From an uncultured Elusimicrobiales bacterium (lineage in GTDB: Bacteria > Elusimicrobiota > Elusimicrobia > Elusimicrobiales > Elusimicrobiaceae), in contig CALUZQ010000004.1 in the NCBI GenBank assembly GCA_944325225.1, positions 579 through 64,578 of the forward strand: a DNA stretch of 64,000 nucleotides. Reading direction: 5' to 3'. Below, piece by piece: positions 19,725-28,288 of this stretch. The notes under the pieces were generated by a model that had not been told where the DNA came from, made no database searches, and saw only the letters and a program-made list of their open reading frames with translations. The position numbers and the translations under genes were made by a program. Positions within the stretch are counted from its first letter, which is position 1. Each line of letters starts with the position of its first letter.

Positions 19725-20564
19725 TTACCTCAGCAGCTCCAACAGGCGGAAGTAATTGTGATGAAACTGCATGCTGCCGGGAATAATCTTACGGGGGCTG
19801 TGCCATTGAACAAACCCAAAAGGCAGCTGTATGGTGCTGCCGCCGTTCTTGGTGCCGTACTCGGCTGTAGGCGAAATGCGGGCGGACATATCCGGCAAAT
19901 AAATCAGTGTGTCAAAAGCGTTTTCGCCCACCATATTCTTATACCATACCAAGTGGGCCCAGTCTTGGGAATGCAGAGCAAGTCCTTTGGCAAAGCAAAA
20001 ATCAAACAGGTGGGCGATGTGGGTATTAAACCATTGGAGTAATTCGCCGTATAGTTGGGAGTTATATTCTCTTAAGGTATTCCCGACCAGCCGGTGCTTG
20101 CGGAGTTCCAACGCTTTGGTGACGGGATTGCCGAAGCGGTTAATAATTTCCAAAGTATCTTCGGCGGATCCAAAATAAAGGGACAGCGCCCGTTTAACGG
20201 ACGAATCAATGACTTGATGATACTGTGCTTCAAAACCCTGGATAAAACGGTCAATGCCAATAAGAAAAACCTGCCCGCCCGTGTCTTTTTTAATAGAAAC
20301 ATTCAGCCGGGTTCCGTCGGATAATTCCAGCCACATATCCGTCTTGGATTTAGTTTTTCCGCCCAGGACGGAGTCCACATCGGTTTCGCACAGCCCCCCA
20401 TATTCTATGCTTTGAATCGTGCAATGGGGCTTATGGGCGGCTTGAAGCAGCCGCTGTTGGACGGACGGATTTTGCTGGGTCCATTCGGCTAGGAGTGCTT
20501 CGTTGGCGTGGCCGGTTCGTTTGGCGTGCTGCCAACCTTCGGAACGGTTGCGTTGAGTCGGCAT
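19725..20564 (-). CDS. Putative type II restriction endonuclease, MspI/HinP1I-like
   Basis: GHANE, GGKTKSKTD, NVSIKK and terminal MQFH resemble my recollection of MspI/HinP1I motifs (not database-verified). Confidence 0.65.
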   Translation of the reverse strand: MPTQRNRSEGWQHAKRTGHANEALLAEWTQQNPSVQQRLLQAAHKPHCTIQSIEYGGLCETDVDSVLGGKTKSKTDMWLELSDGTRLNVSIKKDTGGQVFLIGIDRFIQGFEAQYHQVIDSSVKRALSLYFGSAEDTLEIINRFGNPVTKALELRKHRLVGNTLREYNSQLYGELLQWFNTHIAHLFDFCFAKGLALHSQDWAHLVWYKNMVGENAFDTLIYLPDMSARISPTAEYGTKNGGSTIQLPFGFVQWHSPRKIIPGSMQFHHNYFRLLELLR

Positions 20565-20751
20565 AAGATGCTCCCTTTCCAAGATGATGTCTGGTTTGAA
20601 AGATATTTTATAACTTTTCTAGAAGAAATGTATGGAACTTTTGGAGAAGGGGAGATAAGGAGAAATATTCCTTAAATTGCTTGTATTGTAAGAAGTTTTT
20701 CCATTCATTTCAGGCGTGTATCCAAGGGTTTCTATCAAATTAGATTGGAGA

Positions 20752-21509
20752 TTAAAGATATAGAATTTTGAATCCAAGCATTAATTCCCAGTCGTAGGAG
20801 TATTTGTTACCTGCTAAACGCCAGCCCCCGCGTACATACATAGAGGAGCCAACATTGACCATGGTTCCTAATTCAAATTCTCCAATCAGCTCGGCTTCTC
20901 CTGGGTTTTTGTAATCCACCGTGTAGCGAGGATCAAATTCAAACCACCAGCCGTCCGGGCCGATGATTCCAAAAATCATACGATAACGGCTTTCATTAAT
21001 ATCTTCCCGGCTGCTGCTTCCCGCAAAGGAAAAAAATATGGCGATATTCTGCCTCTATGAAGAAAGAAGGATGCAGCTTCCAGACGGTAAAAATCTCCGG
21101 TTCGGCAATCCATTTTCCGTCCCCCCAGTTGTTGGCTGGTAGCAGTTGGAGCGGTCAGTTCCATCGCCAGTCCGTACGAGAAAATTTTATTGGGCGTATA
21201 ATCTACATAACTGCTTGACAGCATTATGTCTCCCAGCCCTTTGGCGGAAGAAGTATCATTTCCTATGCGGGAAAGCGGAATTTCAGCACCAAATTTCCAA
21301 TGCCGGTTTAGTTTGAAAGAAGGTTTAATTTCAATGGTGGAAGAAATATCATTCGTGCGGTCATTTTTTGCTTTAAAACGCGGTTTAATTTCCAGCGAAG
21401 TGATATTTTCTGTAGGGAGAATACCCAGCACTTGCAAATTCTCCTGCAGTTGGGCTTGAATTGGCAATGCCCCGAAAAGGATACAAAGAATCAGCGTATA
21501 TTTAAACAT
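20752..21509 (-). pseudogene. Outer-membrane transporter-like beta-barrel gene broken by two +1 homopolymer frameshifts
   Basis: Signal peptide MFKYTLILCILFGALPIQA and GLGDI motif. Removing one base from the G6 tract (21121-21126) and one from the T7 tract (~21030-21036) joins the 206-aa and 75-aa ORFs into one 251-aa frame. Confidence 0.7.
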
Positions 21510-21540
21510 GGGAAAGCGCTCCACTTGAAAAATACCCGTA

Positions 21541-21564
21541 AAAAAGCCCCGGACGGGGGCTTTT
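21541..21564 (-). terminator. Displaced original tRNA-Ser terminator
   Basis: AAAAGCCCC..GGGGCTTTT hairpin immediately downstream (minus strand) of a CTCTCCGCCA tRNA 3'-end copy. Confidence 0.7.
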
Positions 21565-21689
21565 GAAATGGCGGAGAGCTGAATTTCCCTAGCCAAATGC
21601 TCTTTTAGTTGTTACTCTTTCTCCCTGCATAACAGGGAGAAACAGGGAATAAGGATATCGTATTTTCTCTAATTTTGTATATTATAAAT

Positions 21690-22238
21690 ATGAGATTAAA
21701 TAGAAATAACATTTTTTGCGGGTCTTCTTTTTCTCCAAGGACAAATTTACCACAAAAGTTCCAACAGACAAATCGAGAAGAAATTTTTGTTAATTCTTTT
21801 CTAAAAGCATATATTAAAACTATTCGTTCTTCTTCTATATTTATAAAAGAAACAGCAATACCTGGTCTAGGTATTGCTGATGTACTACACTGTGCGGGTG
21901 TAGAAAAGAACAAAAGAGTTATTACACGTATTCGTGGAATTATCGCTTTCGAGATGAAAATAGGAAAATGGAAACAGGCTCTTACACAATCTCATAAATA
22001 TTCTTATTTTGCAGATAAAGTAGTCGTGGTCCTTCCTGCTAACAAAACCCATGCAGCCTTACAGAATATACAATGGTTTAAAGATCTAAAAATATCTCTA
22101 TGGAGTTTTGATTCTAGTACTTCAAAGATAACTAAGATTTTTGATCTAAGAAGAAACACTGCATCCTCTATTAGGGAACGCAAACGAGTTGTTGAAAAAA
22201 TAAAACAAATTACAACTCCACCAACTCCTTCAAATTAA
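21690..22238 (+). CDS. PD-(D/E)xK nuclease-like protein
   Basis: E..IPGLGIADV...IAFEMKIGKWKQALTQ..KY..FAD catalytic pattern; start uncertain. Confidence 0.65.
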   Translation: MRLNRNNIFCGSSFSPRTNLPQKFQQTNREEIFVNSFLKAYIKTIRSSSIFIKETAIPGLGIADVLHCAGVEKNKRVITRIRGIIAFEMKIGKWKQALTQSHKYSYFADKVVVVLPANKTHAALQNIQWFKDLKISLWSFDSSTSKITKIFDLRRNTASSIRERKRVVEKIKQITTPPTPSN

Positions 22239-23409
22239 TAATTGCTTGTTTCATATTTTCCAATATAGAAAAATTTAAAGGGTCTTCTAATCGTTGGTTA
22301 TATTTTTTAATTAAAGCAATAGAGTTATCCAATCTAGCACTCATATTTGATATATTAGAGGAAATGTCGTTTGTTAAAAATTGGTTAGATAAATACTGTA
22401 ATGTTTCCCATGTTTGTAAAGATTCGTTGGCAGGATCTTCTAGTTCTGGAGATCCTTTACGATACAAAATATCTGTTTGGGAAAATCCATTCATAACTTC
22501 AATATCAGAAAAAAAACTTCTTAAAATATTCAGATCAGTAATTTTCAGTCTTAATTGAAGTTTAGAACTTAAATATCGGTGCACCCTCTTTCCCCCACCT
22601 TTTCGTACTGTTGGTTGGAATGTGCTTAAAGAAAAACGTTTTTGACTTGAAAATAAACCGGTCGCCCCGCCATATGCCCCTACCATAGCAAATAATGGAA
22701 TATAAATATCTGCGTAGCCAATAATCACATTAAATTCTGCATTTTGGAGCACATATATTAGATACAGCAAATTGGTAAGTTGCTTGGCAGAAAAAAATAC
22801 ATCTTCTCCGGTCTTACAATTAAAATTAACAACAATATAGATTCCATTAACCTTGGGTTCTTGATTTAAAATCTCAGAAATGAATTTTTTTATTTCTGGT
22901 AAAGAATCAAGCGCTTCTATAGAAACTGCCAGGGTCGCAAATAACTGTTGGTTTTCATATCTTTTCTGCTGCCAGATTTCCCCAGATATGGCTATAAAGT
23001 TTGCTGCCTTTCCAGCTGAGGTAGAATCAAAACTAGATTTTACAAAAATATTAGGAGCCAGCAGCGTAGTAAATCCTTTATCCAGTTCATAATCAATAAC
23101 TTCATTAATGCAAGCTTCAATATTTCGTTCTCGAGAGAATTCTTTTTCATCGTGCTTGCAAAAATAAGGATAATTTATCAGGTTTTTAAGTCTCCAATCT
23201 GGCTCAATGGGACACGTACTAACATAAACTTGTGGATCAAATAAAAAAATCTTATTAGTAGATAAAAAATGTCCTTTAACTTCATCCAGTACTTCATCTT
23301 TGATATCTCGGGGACTAAAAATAACTCCATCAATAAAATTCTTTTGCATAGCGGTAAGCGTCTTCTTTGCCGTAGCATCCCCATATCCATGTTGAGCAAA
23401 TATTTTCAT
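22210..23409 (-). CDS. Uncharacterised 399-aa protein (possible TIM-barrel fold)
   Basis: Start reassigned to ATG overlapping the kinase stop (ATGA); motifs FAQHGYG, GVIFSPRD, FDPQVY; no recognised family. Confidence 0.7.
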   Translation of the reverse strand: MKIFAQHGYGDATAKKTLTAMQKNFIDGVIFSPRDIKDEVLDEVKGHFLSTNKIFLFDPQVYVSTCPIEPDWRLKNLINYPYFCKHDEKEFSRERNIEACINEVIDYELDKGFTTLLAPNIFVKSSFDSTSAGKAANFIAISGEIWQQKRYENQQLFATLAVSIEALDSLPEIKKFISEILNQEPKVNGIYIVVNFNCKTGEDVFFSAKQLTNLLYLIYVLQNAEFNVIIGYADIYIPLFAMVGAYGGATGLFSSQKRFSLSTFQPTVRKGGGKRVHRYLSSKLQLRLKITDLNILRSFFSDIEVMNGFSQTDILYRKGSPELEDPANESLQTWETLQYLSNQFLTNDISSNISNMSARLDNSIALIKKYNQRLEDPLNFSILENMKQAIINLKELVEL

Positions 23410-24281
23410 AAGGATTTTAGCTCCTCTTTCAATTTTGTTATATTCCCTGAACGTAAATTTGAATCTTTTTTCAACAATCGAGCAAGAAAACAAGAAAACT
23501 TTTCGCTAATATCAGTTCTTAATGTACATAATAGCGGACATCTGTTAGGTCCCAGCAGTTCATTAATATTTTTAAAATAAGGCTCGCCAAGAGCATATGA
23601 GAAAACAGTATATGCAGCGCAGTATAAATCAGTTCGATAAGTAACAATTTGATGGTAATCAACTGCAAATAATTCTGGAGCAGCATAGGCATTAGTTCTT
23701 GGAGACATCATCCCTGTTGCAGTCAAAGAAGAAAGATTGGGATCTGTTGTTAATGCAATACTAAAATCGATTAACACAAAAGTTCGTGGTGAAATGTTTT
23801 TTATAACATTTCCAGGTTTAATATCACGATGTACCAAGTGAGACAATGAGGTTTCTTCAATTGCATTTAGCAAACAATTTAAAAGATTTTTTAATTCTTC
23901 TTCTGAAGGGACATAGCGTTCTTGCATTAAATCCTGTAAAGATTTTCCTGGCAGATACTCCTCTGAATAAATCAAAAATTCTACATCATTAATTTTTTTG
24001 ACATGAGGCTCTATTTGTCCTAACTTAACAATATAGGGAGAAGTCAGCTTAGTGAGAGAATCTATTTCTCTAAAAGCTCGCAATCTAATAGAATCGTCCT
24101 GTTGTAATAAGTTTAAGTGGCATACTTTTATTGCTTCCCAACGTCCATTCACTAGGGCCTTATACACAAATTTAGATCCGCCCCAAGAAATTTTCGACAG
24201 ATTACTAATAACGGGGAGAAGATTTGGTAATTGAGAAAATACAGTCTCAAACCACATATTTAAAAAATTACTATTTACCAT
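23406..24281 (-). CDS. Stand-alone Hanks-type Ser/Thr protein kinase
   Basis: WGGSKFVY Gly loop, EAIK, alphaC Glu (FREI), HRDIKPGN, DFS, YAAPE, TDLY; no TM or sensor domain. Confidence 0.92.
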   Translation of the reverse strand: MVNSNFLNMWFETVFSQLPNLLPVISNLSKISWGGSKFVYKALVNGRWEAIKVCHLNLLQQDDSIRLRAFREIDSLTKLTSPYIVKLGQIEPHVKKINDVEFLIYSEEYLPGKSLQDLMQERYVPSEEELKNLLNCLLNAIEETSLSHLVHRDIKPGNVIKNISPRTFVLIDFSIALTTDPNLSSLTATGMMSPRTNAYAAPELFAVDYHQIVTYRTDLYCAAYTVFSYALGEPYFKNINELLGPNRCPLLCTLRTDISEKFSCFLARLLKKDSNLRSGNITKLKEELKSL

Positions 24282-24355
24282 ATAAAAATTTTATAATTAT
24301 ATCAATATAATTAATTATACAATTATAGTCTCAGAGAAAAATATTTAATTGTATT

Positions 24356-25111
24356 ATGCAAATTAAATTCCTATTGAAGCGTTTGCGGGGAGTAAATATT
24401 CATACCCATCCGCCATATAAAGTGGTCACCAGCGGGCGGACATTGGAAAATTATCCTGCTGGATACAGAAAAGTATCGTCGGAATTAATCTTTTTGGCCC
24501 GGGCAATTGTTCTTAACCAAGATTTTGTCCAATTTGTAAGAAACTTCCGTCAAAAACATGGCTTACCACCTGAAGGATTTGAAGCAGGCCCCTGTCATTT
24601 CATACTTAGAGATAAAAAACACAAAAAACTCGCTAAATTAGCCCAACAAGTACAATGGGATTTAATTGCCAGTAAAGTACATGGAGATTATTCTGTCCAT
24701 CCGCTTCTAAAACCCCATTTTTTCTCTATTGTATGGTGTAATACCATTGAACACCATATAGAACCGATTTCTATCTACTACGCCACGTCTGAGGACCCTC
24801 AGCTAGAAATCCACATTACCCACGATGTCAAATTTTCAGAACTAATTGGATTTCTCCGCGCCAAGAAAGCAAATATTGAAGACAATTTAAAAGAATTATC
24901 CTCAAAATATTTCACAAGAACCAACCTGGAAAATATTCGTTTACTTAGTTTACAAACTAAACGGATGACAGAAACAGATTTATTTGAAAGAGCTCAAAAA
25001 GACAAAGTATTAAGGAAATTAATCCCAAATTTAACCACTGATGCCTTCCACAAAAGATGTGGCCGGGCTAGAAAACTCGTTAAAAATCTCTTCATAACCA
25101 AAAGGACATAG
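24356..25111 (+). CDS. Hypothetical island protein (possible C-terminal DNA-binding helix)
   Basis: 251-aa ORF divergent from the kinase; basic helical C-terminus. Confidence 0.55.
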   Translation: MQIKFLLKRLRGVNIHTHPPYKVVTSGRTLENYPAGYRKVSSELIFLARAIVLNQDFVQFVRNFRQKHGLPPEGFEAGPCHFILRDKKHKKLAKLAQQVQWDLIASKVHGDYSVHPLLKPHFFSIVWCNTIEHHIEPISIYYATSEDPQLEIHITHDVKFSELIGFLRAKKANIEDNLKELSSKYFTRTNLENIRLLSLQTKRMTETDLFERAQKDKVLRKLIPNLTTDAFHKRCGRARKLVKNLFITKRT

Positions 25112-25187
25112 TTTGCCTCTTTTCGTGTCCTCGTAAGGTACCTCTGTTATCGCTATACTGTGTTATATTCCAATAACGGAGGTAAAT

Positions 25188-26438
25188 ATGAAAATTGAAA
25201 ATATCCCTGTCGAAAGACTTAAAGCTTATTCTCGCAACACACGCATACATTCGCCCAAACAAATAGAACTATTAGCACGAAGTATTAAAGTCTTTGGGTT
25301 CAACAATCCCGTATTAATTGATAAAAACAATGTTATTTTGGCAGGACATGGCCGCGTCCTAGCAGCCCGGAAATTAAACTTAAAATCAGTTCCCACGGTA
25401 AAAATTGAACATCTCACCCCGCTTGAACTAAAAGCGTTTCGGATAGCGGACAACCGAATTGCCGAGCAAAGCAGCTGGGATAAGGCCTCCCTAAAACTGG
25501 AATTTCAAGAGTTAGCCTCATGCCAGGATGAAATGGATATCAATTTAACGGGTTTTTCCACCCCGGATATTGATTTGCTTTTCCTGTCCGAAATAAATAC
25601 TTCAAAAGAAGAAACTTTGGACATTCCCCTTGATATCCCAAAGCGCGTCAAACCGGGCGATTTATGGAGTTTAGGCAGGCACCGCCTTTTTTGCGGCAAT
25701 GCGCTGGAATCCAGTAGTTACCGAGAGCTCTTGGGCAATCAAAAGGCCGATATGGTATTTACTGATGCCCCCTTTAATGTAAAAACAGACGGACATATCT
25801 GCGGAAACGGAAAATATAAGCATAAAGACTTTGCCATGGCTCATGGAGAGATGACTCCGCAAGAATTTACCAATTTTCTCTCGCAAACATTCAAAAACTT
25901 GATTCAATTTTCAAAAGACGGATCGCTCCATTTTGTATGCATGGATTGGCGGCATATTTCCGAAATATCCACAGCAGGCAAGGCCTATACTGCTCTTAAA
26001 AACATCTGCGTATGGGATAAACAATGCGGCGGAATGGGCTCTCTGTATCGCTCCCAACATGAATTTTTCTTCCTGTTCAAAAATGGTAACGCCACCCACA
26101 TTAATCATATCGATTTGGGGAAATATGGACGGAACAGAACAAATGTATGGAGTTATCCCGGCGTGAGGGTTTCCAATCCCGTAAACCGAAACGACTTAAA
26201 ATTCCATCCAACCGTTAAACCCGTAGGAATGATCGCCGATGCCATTTTGGACGTTAGTAACATTGGAGACATCGTTCTTGATTGCTTTGCAGGGAGCGGA
26301 TCCACATTGCTCGCCTGTGAAAAGACGAATCGCAAGGGCTATATGATGGAAATCGAGCCGCACTACTGCGACGTTATTCTATATCGCTTTGAACAATTAA
26401 CAGGCCTAAAAGCCAAATTTGAGGAGGTACTCGCATGA
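25188..26438 (+). CDS. ParB N-terminal domain + beta-class N4/N6 DNA methyltransferase
   Basis: ParB motif FGFNNPVLID...AGHGR; FTDAPFNV (motif IV), HPTVKP, DCFAGSGST (motif I); RBS GGAGG. Confidence 0.9.
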   Translation: MKIENIPVERLKAYSRNTRIHSPKQIELLARSIKVFGFNNPVLIDKNNVILAGHGRVLAARKLNLKSVPTVKIEHLTPLELKAFRIADNRIAEQSSWDKASLKLEFQELASCQDEMDINLTGFSTPDIDLLFLSEINTSKEETLDIPLDIPKRVKPGDLWSLGRHRLFCGNALESSSYRELLGNQKADMVFTDAPFNVKTDGHICGNGKYKHKDFAMAHGEMTPQEFTNFLSQTFKNLIQFSKDGSLHFVCMDWRHISEISTAGKAYTALKNICVWDKQCGGMGSLYRSQHEFFFLFKNGNATHINHIDLGKYGRNRTNVWSYPGVRVSNPVNRNDLKFHPTVKPVGMIADAILDVSNIGDIVLDCFAGSGSTLLACEKTNRKGYMMEIEPHYCDVILYRFEQLTGLKAKFEEVLA

Positions 26439-26755
26439 CATTACGTATCAAATATAGACCTTATAAAGTGGGACCAGGACATCCGCCAAAAGAATTTCAG
26501 TTCAAACCCGGACAATCGGGTAATCCCAAGGGGCGGCCAGCAAACAGCCGAACGATGTATTCTCTTATGAAAGAAGAGTTCGGACGTATGGTAACAGTAA
26601 GCGACGGAAAACAAAAAAGCGAAATTGCAGCCAAACAAGCCCTGGCTCGTAAATGGCTGCATGACGCTTTGCGAGGCGACATCAAAGCTTCAGAAATCGT
26701 ACTGAAATTTTTAACACGGGAAATGGACTCAGATCACACCTCCTTGCCAATTTAA
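26435..26755 (+). CDS. DUF5681-type protein
   Basis: YKVGPGHPP...QFKPGQSGNPKGRP signature; ATGA overlap with the MTase. Confidence 0.8.
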   Translation: MTLRIKYRPYKVGPGHPPKEFQFKPGQSGNPKGRPANSRTMYSLMKEEFGRMVTVSDGKQKSEIAAKQALARKWLHDALRGDIKASEIVLKFLTREMDSDHTSLPI

Positions 26756-26780
26756 GGAATATGGGATCCTTAAACTCATT

Positions 26781-26985
26781 ATTCGGACAGAAATTTGTCG
26801 TTTCTGTCCGAATTTGTTTTAATAGAATTGTAGTATCAAATTTGTATGACTCGTTTTGGAGCCGTAAAGGCAACGATTTAGACGAATTTATCGTCTAAGT
26901 GGTGATCAAACCAAGATGAGGTCATGGTTTTGCTGTGCCCAACCGGGTACGGCGGCGATGACCCATTTCTGAGCGTTTGATCACC
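26781..26985. repeat. Cluster of three inverted repeats
   Basis: 13-bp perfect IR 26781-26813; 8-bp perfect IR 26878-26898; 85-nt multi-stem hairpin 26901-26985. Confidence 0.85.
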
Positions 26986-27031
26986 CTCAAAGTGCGGTCG
27001 TCGCTTTTTTATACCCTCTTTTTGATAAAAA

Positions 27032-27064
27032 CGACCAACCTTTGTCGCTGAATAGAGTTATAGT
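27032..27064 (+). promoter_or_regulatory. Putative WYL-regulator-dependent promoter
   Basis: CGAC-N8-GTCG dyad; TGTCGC-N10-TA-N3-T arrangement with -10 TATAGT (27059-27064). Confidence 0.55.
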
Positions 27065-27088
27065 ATAACTAGCTCAACAGGAGGGTTC

Positions 27089-28288
27089 ATGATTACAAAA
27101 GCGAAGTTAGACAATCTGGAACAAGATTCAAAATTTCAAAAACTGCATACTATTCAGAATCGCTTCAATATCTTCTCTACCTTAAACATTGAACATTTTG
27201 AAATCCGCCACTCAAACGTATTGGCCTGGCTGTTAAATCCAACAGAAACACATCAACTTCAAAATCAACCTTTATGCCTGTTTTTAGATATTCTGAGGGA
27301 AATGCATATTGATGTCGCTCCGACTTGCTCTGCTCTTGTAAAACGGGAAAAGAAGCTTTCCAAGACCAATCAAATTGACTTATTACTGTACCTAGACAGC
27401 GGGGAAATTATCGCTATTGAAAATAAAGTAAAGTCCGGAGAGGGACATAATCAGCTCAAACGATACAGAGAATCTCTGGAGAAACTATATCCTCATACAA
27501 AAATACATTATTTGTTTTTGACCCCGGCCGGAGACTCCCCCAAAACAGATGACGAAGATAAGTGGAAGTTTGGAAGTTATGATATTGTCACTAAAATGTT
27601 AACCAGTTTACTAGAGAAACAAGACTTATCGGTGGACAGCAGAGTATTTTTAGAACATTACTTAGAAACAGTTAAAAGAGAGGTCCTTATGGATAGAAAA
27701 GAAACAGAAGAATTATGCACGCAATTATACGCAAAATATCCAGAAGTATTTGATGCTGTTATGGAATATAAGCAAGACATTCAAACTCAAATTAAGTGTT
27801 TTTTAGAAACTGCTCTAAAAAATACTTGGAATCAAGAGTTTATATTAGACCGAGCATTCAAGAACAGTATCACATTCTATATTCGAGATTTTGAAAATTT
27901 TGCGTGCTTACAAATTGATGAAAATGTAGATTATGGGGGTTGGAAACAACCCAAAAACGCGCTTACTTTTGAGTTTAAAGTCCAAAATGGAAATTTAATA
28001 CTAAAATTAATGATTTTGGCCTCTAAAAAAATTGGATTTAAAGAATTCTTATTAACAAAAATTCAAAAGAATCCTCTATTTGAAAAAGGTAAACAAGGAA
28101 ATAAATGGGAACGCCTCGTAGAAAAAACTGTTTTGGAAAAAGAAAAATATGATAATGTGGTAAATATCCAGTATTTAACAGATTGTATTGAAAAATTTAT
28201 GGAAAACTTTCTCCAAGGTGCATATATACAAATAAAGGAAGATTTGTTACAAATCTGCCAAGACTATGAAAGAGAAAACGCTCAATAA
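27089..28288 (+). CDS. PD-(D/E)xK nuclease family protein (PDDEXK_4-like)
   Basis: EIRHSNVLAWLLNP, IDLL...IAIENKV...QLKRY, LFLTP. Confidence 0.85.
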   Translation: MITKAKLDNLEQDSKFQKLHTIQNRFNIFSTLNIEHFEIRHSNVLAWLLNPTETHQLQNQPLCLFLDILREMHIDVAPTCSALVKREKKLSKTNQIDLLLYLDSGEIIAIENKVKSGEGHNQLKRYRESLEKLYPHTKIHYLFLTPAGDSPKTDDEDKWKFGSYDIVTKMLTSLLEKQDLSVDSRVFLEHYLETVKREVLMDRKETEELCTQLYAKYPEVFDAVMEYKQDIQTQIKCFLETALKNTWNQEFILDRAFKNSITFYIRDFENFACLQIDENVDYGGWKQPKNALTFEFKVQNGNLILKLMILASKKIGFKEFLLTKIQKNPLFEKGKQGNKWERLVEKTVLEKEKYDNVVNIQYLTDCIEKFMENFLQGAYIQIKEDLLQICQDYERENAQ

